DNA of 64,000 nt from Nitrospirales bacterium (lineage in GTDB: Bacteria > Nitrospirota > Nitrospiria > Nitrospirales > UBA8639), in the NCBI GenBank assembly GCA_963555755.3, contig OY820905.2:1-64000 (forward strand), read 5' to 3'. Below, in pieces: positions 1-9,693 of this stretch; position 1 is the first letter of the stretch; every line of letters starts with the position of its first letter. The position numbers were made by a program, and so were the translations under genes. The notes under the pieces were generated by a model that saw only the letters and a program-made list of their open reading frames with translations, did no database searches and had not been told where the DNA came from.

Positions 1-956
1 TCACCGCTGCGCTGGTCCTTGCGATGCTTGATAAAAGCCGGCGGATCGAGAACAACCACATCAAACTTTTCACCGCGCTTCTGCAGTGCTTTTAATGCGT
101 CGATTGCCGGTGATTTTAGCGCCGTAAATTGCTTTTCAAATCCCGCCTTCGCTGCGGACTCGCTGGCCAGGCTTAGCGCGGGCCCGGAACTGTCAACGCA
201 GCACAGCGATGCCGCTCCACCACGAAGCGCCTGTAAACCCCAAGCCCCCAGATAGCTGTAGACATCCAATACACGTTTGTCCCTAGCGTAACTGGCCAGC
301 AGCGAGCGACTCTCCCGATGATCGTAAAACCAACCGGTTTTTTGACCACCCATAACCGGGACCTTAAAAGTCGTCTCGTTTTCGATAATATCGACATACT
401 CTGGCACTTCACCGTGAACAACTTCGGTACGCGATACCAGGCCTTCCGGTTCATTGTCGTTTTCATTGCGCAACAAAATCCCCGCTGGAGCAACCACATC
501 GACCAGTGCGCTCACCAGGATATCGAGCACCGCCATCATTCCAGCCGTAGTCACCTGCATGACCAACACATCGCCATATCGGTCTACAACCAGGCCGGGC
601 AGAGCATCCCCGTCGCCATACACCAGCCGATAAAAAGGCTCTTTATAACAGGATTCTCGCCACTTCAACGCCAACTCCAGTCGCTTGCCTATGAACGGGT
701 AATCCAGCGCCTGGCCTGCTTTTCGACTAAACAAACGGCCACACAGAAGTGTGTGGGGATTGAAGTAAGCGCTCCCCAACACTTCCTGGTTGGCATTGAG
801 CAATGTTCCCACCTGGCCTGCGGCCATCGATTTAAAGCCACTTCGCTCAATATCGATCTCATTACTGTAGACCCAGCAATGGCCATGTTTAATTCGACGA
901 TCGGATTTGGGCTTTAAACTAATAACAGGTAAAGCAGCCGTTTGATGTGAAGGCAT
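1..956 (-). CDS. RlmI-like class I SAM-dependent rRNA methyltransferase, 5' part (runs off window start); inverted copy of 35683..36885
   Basis: Reverse complement matches 35683..36638 with a few substitutions; ATG at 956. Confidence 0.85.
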   Translation of the reverse strand, partial: MPSHQTAALPVISLKPKSDRRIKHGHCWVYSNEIDIERSGFKSMAAGQVGTLLNANQEVLGSAYFNPHTLLCGRLFSRKAGQALDYPFIGKRLELALKWRESCYKEPFYRLVYGDGDALPGLVVDRYGDVLVMQVTTAGMMAVLDILVSALVDVVAPAGILLRNENDNEPEGLVSRTEVVHGEVPEYVDIIENETTFKVPVMGGQKTGWFYDHRESRSLLASYARDKRVLDVYSYLGAWGLQALRGGAASLCCVDSSGPALSLASESAAKAGFEKQFTALKSPAIDALKALQKRGEKFDVVVLDPPAFIKHRKDQRSG

Positions 957-2090
957 AGAGGACTCAGGAGATAAAAACTTACCGGAAAATTATCCTGGAA
1001 AACGCCGTTGGGAGCGAAGAAGAGATGCAAGCTGTTGACAGGCGTAGGAAAATTTTATAACGCGTGCTCACCTCATGGGCGACGTGAGCTGGGGCCCGAT
1101 AAAATACTGATAGCGTACTATATGCATTTCAAAATAGGCATTTGAAAATTTTCCTGGCACACCAATGTTTGGGTGAGCGCTTGGTTGAGCCAAAGCATTT
1201 TCCAGAATCATAGCTCGCCACCATACCTATATCAGCTTGCAAATACAAAGCCTTTAGACCAAGCCCGTCCGTCCAGCCGGTTCAACGTGTCGCGAGGAAC
1301 TGAACTTCTCTAAACAAGCTTCTCTAAACAAAGATTAACTGGAATTACCCGCACCGGGCAATTAGTCTAATAACAATATAGTAATGGATCTATACCTTTG
1401 TTAGGCTTCGCCTTGAACATGCCGGGTTAAGCCCAACACTGAATCCAGGCATTAAATCACCAGTACGGAAACCCATTTCAGCCAAAAGCTGCATCGCATT
1501 ACCGAATGTCATCTCCATACCCCCATAGACAATAGCCAGAAACAAGCCGAAGTAACCCGAAAATTAGCCAAGTCAAAACGTAATCGGGAATAGGAATTTT
1601 AAAAGGCCTTTTTGCCTAAACCGGAAAGTATCAAAGACCCCGTTGCGGGGTCAATTTGCAGACGTTACCGTCTGAAAGGCGGGAGTTCCACGGCGAGATG
1701 GTGCGGCAGGGCCCATTTTTCCAGGATCGGGTCAGCCTGTCGTTCCATTGTGGTGTGGGAGTGGGGGAACTGGGCAAAGGGGGAGTGTCGGCTCCGACAC
1801 TGAACCGGAATCCTGGGGGAGCTTAGGCCGTTTGTAGGAACGGGTCGAGCCGGGCCGGGGCTCGTGGTGGAGCGCGGGTGGGCAAGCCCAGGTGCGCGAG
1901 AATCTTGGCAATCACGGTGGGATCTTCAATGGCGGCGAGGATGGTCAAAGGGCCGCCGCACTGTGGGCAGGTGGTAATGTCGATGGCGAAGACGCGTTTG
2001 AGTAATTGTGCCCAGCTCTTGCGGGCCCGCGTTGAGACCGAGGAGAGCTCGCTGTTTCCATCGGCGAGGTCCGTCGCCGGGTCCGGCCTC
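1..2090. repeat. Left arm of a large inverted duplication (partner ~34550..36638)
   Basis: Position x corresponds to 36639-x; ORF track shows mirrored ORFs with scattered differences. Confidence 0.95.
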
Positions 2091-2140
2091 GCCGGGCACG
2101 ATCTGGGAGCGCAGGGCCGCGTTGGGCGCCAGGACGCCAT
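1586..2140 (-). mobile_element. IS91/ISCR-like element remnant: transposase C-terminus plus oriIS end
   Basis: SWAQLLKRVFAIDITTCPQCGGPLTILAAIEDP..IAKILAHLGLPTRAPPRAPAR; end reads TTTTAAAATTCCTATTCCC on minus strand, like ISCR oriIS. Confidence 0.85.
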
Positions 2141-2998
2141 AGAAACACAGCTGGCGAACGTTCTCCCCATTCTCTTCCGGGTGCCTCCACCTTTGTCCCG
2201 AATCACATGGCTCGGGAACTCGCTCTGCTCAAACAGCCTCGCCAAAGCAGCCAATTCGATACAGAGGCTCCGCCGCGTCTGAAGGCGGGAAGAGAAGTGG
2301 AAAGGAGAACAGGCGGAAGTGCTGAATCGGCGAAACTCTCAACCCAGGATTTGACCGCATGCCGTCATCGGCGGTGTGTCTAGCGGGTTGAAGTCCCGCG
2401 AAAGGAGTTGTTCGTACACCTTTCTAGTACCGGGAAGCAGCGTCTGAGTAATCAGGGGTTGAAGTTTCCCATGGGCAAAGCCGCAGGCCGTAGCGCAAGC
2501 GAACCTAGATGTAGCCTCGTAAACGAATTGGAGATGCCGACCCTGTGGTCAGAAGGGGAAGGCCGCCGTTTGAGGGAGCAGAACGAACACCCACCCTCAG
2601 GATCTTCCGGGGTAGCAGGGATGGCATGTGGCGGAAGAGACACCGTGCAGGACGGGAGACCCGCGACGGTGCTGGCGCAGAACCAGCAACTGAGGCGTAT
2701 AAGGGATACCGAAATCGCTGCGGGCCGTCGTGGGAGTCGGAGGGGTTCATAGTACCGTTGGAGAGCCTGGGACAACACAACCCGGCCCGAGGGAAGGGAC
2801 CCTACTTTGTTCACGTTTCCGACGAGTGGAGGATCAGGGGATTGCCATTGCGCTAACCACCCCGAGCACGATCAGGACACTACAGAGGAAACTATCTCAG
2901 AAGGCCAAGTCTGAATTTGGCTATTGCTTGATGACAGACGCATGCCGCTGGAAGAAGAACATCGGAAAGCCGTGTATGGGAAAACCATACGCACGGAT

Positions 2999-4992
2999 GT
3001 GTGTCCAGGTAAGGCGAGACTGTTCAGTGGGAAGCAAGCCCACCAGGGTAAGAGCCTGAGCCCTGTAGCTTGGATGGCAGCGTGGAGAGAAACCGAGACG
3101 CTGAAGCCCATCGACAAAGCCATCGTAGAGGATGGTGAGCGAGTTCCCGGGCCGTAACGCAAGTGAACGCAGAGGTAGCCTCGAAAGTATGAAACCTCGG
3201 AGGTCGAGTCCCTGTCCGTAGGACGAAGACGGCATGGACAGGCGAACCAAGGCTGAGACGCCTGGCCACTCCGGCGGGGTGAGAGCGACAGCACGGGAGC
3301 AAGGACAGACGACGCAACTGGAGAAGCCCTCCTCGTCCCAGGGAGAAATCCCTGGAGGAAGATCGGCTCTATAACCAGCTCTCTGGGAAGTGAGCCGAAG
3401 ACGAGAGGGTGGCGGAGGGGCTCGTAGGAGCGAGGAAGCAGGGTCATGCCTGTGGAGCAAAGGAGCCCTACTGGCTGTAGGCTGTGATCAACATGGGAGG
3501 CAGGGACGAGATGACAACGGCGTCCATTACACTGCAAGACCTGCGACAGCGGCTCTACGTCAAGGCGAAGGCTGAGAAGCGATGGCGGGTGTGGGGCCTG
3601 TACGTCCACGTGTGCAAAGAGGCGACGCTACGCGCGGCCTATTCGATGGCCAAGAAAAACAACGGAGCCCCCGGCATTGATGGGGTGACGTTTGCTGGCA
3701 TCGAGGCCACGGGGGTGGAGCCCTTTCTTGCACGACTACGGGACGAACTGGTCACGCAGACCTACCGACCGATGCGGAACCGGCACGTGGAGATTTCGAA
3801 AGGCGGTGGACGAGTCCGCGTCTTAGGGATACCCGCGATTCGGGACCGCGTGGTACAGGGAGCGCTCAAGCTCCTGCTGGAACCGATCTTTGAGGCGGAT
3901 TTTCGTGATGGGTCGTATGGGTATCGACCGAAACGGACAGCCCACCAGGCGATTGGCCGGGTGGCTCAGGCGATGGTGCAGAACAAGACGCGAGTGATTG
4001 ATGTGGATCTGGCGGCCTTCTTCGACACGGTGCGGCATGACCGGCTGCTGGCGAAGGTGGCCCGACGCATCCAGGATCCCGCGATCCTGCGGCTGGTGAA
4101 ACTCATCGTCAAGGCGTCCGGCCCGCGTGGGGTGCCTCAAGGGGGTGTGATTTCCCCGCTGCTGGCCAACCTCTATCTCACGGAAGTGGATGAGAGGCTG
4201 GAGCAGCTGAAGGAGACAACCCGGCAGGGCCAGTATACGTATCTCGAGTATGTCCGGTTTGCGGATGACCTCGTCGTGTTAGTGGATGGCTATCGCCGCC
4301 ACGCACAACTGGCGCAGGTTGCGGAGCGGAAGCTGCGAGAGGCGTTGGCCCAATTAGACCTTCAGGTGAATGAGGAGAAGAGCCGAATCGTGGACCTGAG
4401 TCAGGGAGGCAGCTTCGGCTTTCTGGGCTTTGACTTTCGGCGTGTGCGGTCGCGGCGTGGAGTGTGGCGCCCGCAGTACATACCGAAGGTGAAGCGGCGC
4501 ACCGCGTTGCTGCGGAAGCTCAAGGAAGTGTTCCGACGCGGGCAATCCCAGCCGGTGGGACGGATGATCGCCATGATCAATCCGATCGTACGGGGCTGGG
4601 TGAACTACTTCCGGATTGGGCATGCGAGTCGGTGTTTCTCCTACGTGAAGGATTGGGTGGAGCGGAAGGTCCGGCGGCACATGATGCGAGTGCGCCACCG
4701 TCGAGGTTTTGGCTGGAAGAGGTGGAGTAAGGTTTGGCTCTACACGGTACTTGGCTTATATGGAGATTACCGAGTGCGGTACAACGGGTCGGCATGAAAG
4801 TCCTTCCAGGCTGATAGGTCACATAACCCTTGAGGTGAAGCATCCAGGAAAGCCCGGTGCTGGAAATCAGCACGCCGGGTTTGAGGTGGCGGGGACTGGA
4901 ACCGTGACCAGGGGAGTCGGACTGAGGCCCATTCCGAAAGGGGTGGAGGAGCCACCGAACCCTACCGTTGGCGCGCCAGTCCTCGACCCTAC
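2999..4992 (+). mobile_element. Group II intron B (class E-like), inserted at the 3' end of DV of intron A
   Basis: Starts GTGTG at 2999; own DV GAAAGCCCGGTGCTGGAAATCAGCACGCCGGGTT; ends CCCTAC at 4992; host DV/DVI rejoins seamlessly. Confidence 0.9.
3511..4797 (+). CDS. ltrA: Group II intron reverse transcriptase/maturase (no endonuclease domain)
   Basis: [37 protein letters not shown], maturase X domain RGWVNYF. Confidence 0.95.
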   Translation: MTTASITLQDLRQRLYVKAKAEKRWRVWGLYVHVCKEATLRAAYSMAKKNNGAPGIDGVTFAGIEATGVEPFLARLRDELVTQTYRPMRNRHVEISKGGGRVRVLGIPAIRDRVVQGALKLLLEPIFEADFRDGSYGYRPKRTAHQAIGRVAQAMVQNKTRVIDVDLAAFFDTVRHDRLLAKVARRIQDPAILRLVKLIVKASGPRGVPQGGVISPLLANLYLTEVDERLEQLKETTRQGQYTYLEYVRFADDLVVLVDGYRRHAQLAQVAERKLREALAQLDLQVNEEKSRIVDLSQGGSFGFLGFDFRRVRSRRGVWRPQYIPKVKRRTALLRKLKEVFRRGQSQPVGRMIAMINPIVRGWVNYFRIGHASRCFSYVKDWVERKVRRHMMRVRHRRGFGWKRWSKVWLYTVLGLYGDYRVRYNGSA

Positions 4993-6423
4993 TGATGAGG
5001 GGGCGCTGGGAAGTGCTGACTGCTATGGTCCGTGGTAGACGCGTGCGTCGAAGCGTTCGAGAGCAGCTCCATGTATGCACCAGTGCTCTACTCTACCCGT
5101 GACTTAATGCAATTACTCAGGCCTGACCGTTCGCAGTAACAGCAGTATGTCTAGCGGGTTAAAGTCCCGTCCAAGGAATTGTCCGTACACCTTGGTAGTA
5201 TGAGGAAGCGGCGTCGTGGTCACACGGGGTCGTAAGTTTCCACACAGCAAAAGAGCAGGCCGTCACGCAAGTGAACCGATGAGTAGCCTCGTAAACGAAG
5301 TGGAGACGCCGACCCTGTGGTCAGAAGGGGAAGGCCGGTGGAAGGGTGCTGGAATAACGGAAGTGGCATCCCTCGACTCCCGGGGTAGCAAGGACGGCAT
5401 GTTCTGGAAGACGTATCGCCCAGTGCTGGAGACCTGTTTTGGGGGTGGGGAGGCCACCGACCACTGTGTATAAGGCCACGAAATCACAGCGGCCCGGAAC
5501 GGGAGTCGGAGGGGTTCATCGTACCGCGTGAGGCCGAGGGACAACACAACCCCGGTCGAGGGAAGGAACCCTGCTGTGTTCATGCAACCGAAGAGCGGAG
5601 GATCAGGGGATTGCCATGGCGCTAACCACCCCGGAGACGATCAGGACGCTGCAGAGGAAGCTGTATGCCAAGGCCAAGCAAGAACCGGCCTATCGCTTGT
5701 ACGCCCTCTACGACAAGATCAGCCAGGAGGATATCCTCAATCATGCCTGGCGGCTTGTCCGAGCCAATCGAGGCAGCCCCGGTAGTGATGGGATCAGCTT
5801 CGAGGCCATAGAGAGTGGAATCGGGGTAGACACGTTTCTGCGGGAATTGCCCCGTGATCTGCAAGCCAAGACCTACCGAGCCCAACCGGTGCGACGCGTC
5901 ATGAGACTTAAAGCGGACGGCAGTTTCCGTCCGTTGGGGATCCCGACGATCCGAGACCGGGTGACGCAAATGGCCGTGAAACTCATCATCGAGCCGATCT
6001 TTGAAGCCGACTTCTGTACGAATTCGTACGGATTCCGGCCCAAGCGATCGGCCCATGATGCGGTGGACGACATTGCCAAGACGCTCTGGGCCGGCTACAC
6101 CCCAGTCATCGACGCCGACCTGTCGAACTACTTCGACAGTATCCCGCAGGCCAAACTGCTGGCCGTGGTCGCGGAGCGCATTGTGGATGGGGGCATCCTG
6201 CGCCTCATCAAGCAATGGCTCAAAGCCCCGGTGAGCGGCGACGACGCGAACGGCACCCGGAAGAGCGTAGGCGGCGGCAAAGCCAACCGCACGGGGACCC
6301 CGCAAGGTGGGGTGATCTCCCCGCTGCTGGCTAACTGCTCCTTGCACCTTCTGGATCGGACATGGCAACGGCGGCACCTCAAAGACAAACTGCAAGCGCA
6401 TCTCGTGCGCTACGCAGACGACT

Positions 6424-8292
6424 GTGCGCCACGAAGGCGCACAAAAGGACGTCAGTCCTTTGTGCAGCCATGCTGCACAAGAGATGAGGGGAGGCCCCTC
6501 GAAGTCGCTGTACAGGCGGAGGCTTCAAACCACCCATGGCTGCTGCCTTTAAGAGAGGTGGTGGTGAGCGCAATGGGAAAAGGCAGGGCAAGACCCTGTC
6601 AGGTATGGACCGTCGAGTCGAACGTGAGTGAACCGCTGAGGACGTGTCGAAAGCGTAGGGATGACGTCAAAACCGGGGGGGGATCGTTACTCCGGGAGGA
6701 ATCTGGCGGGCACCTGGTTACTGGCCAGATGGCGTCCGGCATGAAGGCGGCGAGAAGGCGGTCCAGGCTCTTGTGGAGAACGTGGGAACCTGTCACCCCG
6801 ATGCGAAGGGAGAAACGCAAGTGGAGGTCCCACAAGCGTGAGAGTACCGAGGCGGGGTACAGGGGCGGAGCAACTCGTAGTAGTGAAGAAGGTTCTGTAA
6901 TGGAGCTGGAGCGAAGGGGTTGCCTTATCGGGCTTGAGGGAAGAGAGCAACCAGCGATGGGAGGACTTTCGTGACTCAGGCCAAGCCATTTCCCATTACC
7001 CAACGTCAGGTGTGGGAAGCCTACAAACGAGTGAAAGCCAATCAGGGTGGGGCTGGGGTGGATGGCCAGACGGTGGCGGACTTTGAGCAGAGGTTGGACA
7101 ACAACCTCTATAAGCTCTGGAACCGGATGGCCTCTGGGAGTTATCGGCCCCTGCCGGTCAAGCGGGTGGAGATTCCCAAGGCAGGCGGCGGCAGCCGTCC
7201 GTTGGGGATCCCGACCGTGGCAGACCGGATTGCGCAAACAGTGGTCAAACAGGCCCTGGAACCGGAAGTGGAAGCCCACTTTCACCCGGATTCCTATGGC
7301 TACCGACCGGGGAAATCAGCGCATCAAGCGATTGGGCAGGCGCGCAGGCGGTGTTGGCGCTATGACTGGGTGGTGGACCTTGACATCAAAGGGTTCTTCG
7401 ACACCATCGACCATGACCGGCTGCTGGCCATGGTGCGTCGGCATACCCAAGCTACGTGGGTGCTGCTCTATATCGAGCGATGGTTGAAAGCTCCGGAGCA
7501 AGTGTTGGACGGGACGGTGCGGGAGCGGACCCGAGGCACGCCGCAAGGGGGTGTCGTCAGTCCGTTGCTGGCGAACCTGTTTCTGCATTATGTCTTCGAT
7601 GCGTGGATGAGGCGGTACTATCCGCACATCCCGTTTGAGCGGTATGCCGACGATGGGGTGTGTCACTGTCGCACCCGGAAACAGGCCGAACATCTGAAAG
7701 GGGCGTTAGCGCGGCGCTTTGCGGATTGGGGGCTTGAACTCCATTCGGAGAAGACCCAGATTGTATACTGCAAAGATGCCGATCGGCGTCTGGGGTATCC
7801 AATCACCGCCTTCGACTTCTTGGGCTACACGTTTCGCCCACGGCGGTCGAAGAACCGGTGGGGGAAATACTTCATCAACTTCAGTCCGGCCATCAGTAAT
7901 AAGGCGGGGAAGGCGATCCGCCAGGTCGTGCGGAGCTGGCAGCTCCATCTGCGGAGCGATAAAGCGCTCGACGATCTGGCGCGGATGTTCAATGCGAAGA
8001 TACGCGGGTGGGTGACCTATTACAGTGCCTTCTACCAATCGGCGTTGTACCGGTCCCTCCGGCACATCGATCGCAAACTTGTGCTGTGGGCCACTCGCAA
8101 GTTCAAGCGGCTGCGAGGCCACAAACGGCGAGCCGATCAGTGGTTGCGACGCATTGCGTGTCGGCAGCCCAATCTGTTTGCTCACTGGCGGTTGGTGTAT
8201 GGACAGGCTAGATAAGAAGAGCCGGATGAGCGGAGACGTTCACGTCCGGTTCTGTGAGCGCCTCGAGGGGTGGTTCCTCGGGGCGACTCGAC
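6424..8292 (+). mobile_element. Group II intron D (bacterial class D, RmInt1-like) inserted at the YADD motif of intron C RT
   Basis: GTGCG start at 6424; DV GAGCCGGATGAGCGGAGACGTTCACGTCCGGTTC; ends ACTCGAC at 8292. Confidence 0.92.
6971..8215 (+). CDS. ltrA: Group II intron RT/maturase, class D type, intact
   Basis: [55 protein letters not shown]. Confidence 0.95.
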   Translation: MTQAKPFPITQRQVWEAYKRVKANQGGAGVDGQTVADFEQRLDNNLYKLWNRMASGSYRPLPVKRVEIPKAGGGSRPLGIPTVADRIAQTVVKQALEPEVEAHFHPDSYGYRPGKSAHQAIGQARRRCWRYDWVVDLDIKGFFDTIDHDRLLAMVRRHTQATWVLLYIERWLKAPEQVLDGTVRERTRGTPQGGVVSPLLANLFLHYVFDAWMRRYYPHIPFERYADDGVCHCRTRKQAEHLKGALARRFADWGLELHSEKTQIVYCKDADRRLGYPITAFDFLGYTFRPRRSKNRWGKYFINFSPAISNKAGKAIRQVVRSWQLHLRSDKALDDLARMFNAKIRGWVTYYSAFYQSALYRSLRHIDRKLVLWATRKFKRLRGHKRRADQWLRRIACRQPNLFAHWRLVYGQAR

Positions 8293-8363
8293 TCGTCGTG
8301 ATGTGTCGAAAAGATGTAGAGGAACCGCTAAAGGTCGTGCGCCACGTACTGGACCAACTGGGC

Positions 8364-9693
8364 GGGCCTGTAAGATAAACTGTGTAACTGGTATCATGAC
8401 GGATCCATTGAATAAGGAGGACTGATGACCAGAGCCAAGACCCCAAGCAAAACCGATGTGCTGTTAGATGAGCTATTGGAAGGGTGTGCGTCACCCGAAG
8501 ACATATTCGGCACACATGGGCTGGTGAAGCGTCTCACGAAACGGCTCGTAGAACGCGCCCTGCGGGCAGAACTGACCGAGCATTTGGGCTATGCCCCTCA
8601 TGCCCCTGAGGGCCGTGGATCCGGCAATGCCCGCAATGGGAGCACGTCGAAAACGGTGCAAACGGCCCACGGGGATCTCCCGCTCCAGGTGCCCCGTGAT
8701 CGTCAAGGCCGCTTTGAGCCGCTGTTGGTGCCCAAACGCCAACGGCGCTTGGAAGGGTTTGATGAGAAGGTCCTGGCGTTGTATGCCCGAGGGCTGACGA
8801 CTCGCGACATTCAAGGGCATCTGGAAGAACTCTATGACGTGGAGGTGTCGCCCACGCTCATTTCGGCCATCACTGATGCGGTGTTGGAGGATGTGCGCAT
8901 CTGGCAGAGTCGGCCCTTAGATGCTGTGTATCCGATTCTGTACTTCGATTGTCTGTTTGTGAAGTCTCGGCAGGAGGGCGTCGTTAAGAATAAAGCCGTG
9001 TATGTGGCCTTAGGGGTGAATCTACAGGGCGAGAAAGAACTCCTGGGGCTCTGGATCAGTGAGACCGAAGGGGCCAAGTTCTGGCTGTCGATCTTCACCG
9101 AACTCCAGCAGCGCGGGGTCCGGGATTGTTTTGTGGCTTGCGTCGATGGGCTGGGGGGCTTGCCAGAAGCCTTGGAGACGGTGTTCCCACACACCCAGGT
9201 GCAACTGTGCATTGTGCATAAGGTACGGCAATCCTTGCGGTATGTGGTGTGGAAAGAGCGACGAGCCGTGGCGCGGGATCTGCGAGCCCTCTATGGCGCC
9301 GCGACGTTGTCGGAGGCGGAAAGCGCGTTGGAGACATTTGCCGCCAGGTGGGATGCGAAATATCCGACGATCAGTGCGACGTGGCGACGGCATTGGAGTC
9401 GGCTCACGATCTTTTTTGATTATCCCCCAGAAATCAGGAAAGCCATCTATACCACCAATGCGATCGAATCGGTGAATTTTTCGTTACGCAAAGTCCTGAA
9501 AAGTCGGGGAGCCTTTCCGACAGATGAATCAATTCTGAAGGTGCTGTATTTAGGGATGCAGCGGATTGCGAAGAAATGGACGATGCCCATTCCGCACTGG
9601 AAGCGGGCTCTCAACCAATTCGCCATGCTCTTAGGAGATCGAGTGCCAACAATCTAGCCCACAATTCAGTTACACAGTTAACTTGACAAGCCC
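8364..9693 (+). mobile_element. IS256-family element
   Basis: Imperfect 26-bp TIRs GGGCCTGTAAGATAAACTGTGTAACT / AGTTACACAGTTAACTTGACAAGCCC; no target duplication. Confidence 0.9.
8425..9657 (+). CDS. IS256 family transposase
   Basis: VPRDRQGRFEP, WQSRPLDAVYPILYFD, QLCIVH, IYTTNAIES. Confidence 0.95.
   Translation: MTRAKTPSKTDVLLDELLEGCASPEDIFGTHGLVKRLTKRLVERALRAELTEHLGYAPHAPEGRGSGNARNGSTSKTVQTAHGDLPLQVPRDRQGRFEPLLVPKRQRRLEGFDEKVLALYARGLTTRDIQGHLEELYDVEVSPTLISAITDAVLEDVRIWQSRPLDAVYPILYFDCLFVKSRQEGVVKNKAVYVALGVNLQGEKELLGLWISETEGAKFWLSIFTELQQRGVRDCFVACVDGLGGLPEALETVFPHTQVQLCIVHKVRQSLRYVVWKERRAVARDLRALYGAATLSEAESALETFAARWDAKYPTISATWRRHWSRLTIFFDYPPEIRKAIYTTNAIESVNFSLRKVLKSRGAFPTDESILKVLYLGMQRIAKKWTMPIPHWKRALNQFAMLLGDRVPTI

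Larger units (their letters stand above)
2340..5096 (+). mobile_element. Group II intron A, ORF-less (RT internally deleted), class F/g1-like; interrupted by intron B; 5' boundary uncertain (~2340-2374)
   Basis: DI-DIII homologous to intron C; ORF remnant [15 protein letters not shown] with ATG>ATT; DV GAAAGCCGTGTATGGGAAAACCATACGCACGGAT|TGATGAGGGG; ends CTCTACTCTAC at 5096. Confidence 0.8.
5099..8363 (+). mobile_element. Group II intron C (same family as A), RT split by intron D and truncated by IS256; 5' end at 5099 (GTGAC) or 5145 (GTATG)
   Basis: CTAGCGGGTTAAAGTCCCG, GCCGACCCTGTGGTCAGAAGGGGAAGGC and GGAGTCGGAGGGGTTCAT motifs shared with A. Confidence 0.8.
5616..8363 (+). pseudogene. ltrA: RT/maturase of intron C; exon 1 5616..6423, exon 2 8293..8363, then truncated
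   Basis: [24 protein letters not shown]...[14 protein letters not shown]...RYADD; removing 6424..8292 restores YADDFVVMCRKDVEEPLKVVRHVLDQLG. Confidence 0.9.

Noticed and set aside
957..1585. Long non-coding region upstream of the rlmI-like gene as a riboswitch or ncRNA
   Set aside because: No recognisable motif; only short local repeats (TTCTCTAAACAAG x2)
6424..6974. C-terminal part of the 452-aa ORF 5616..6974
   Set aside because: Read-through into the non-coding 5' domains of intron D
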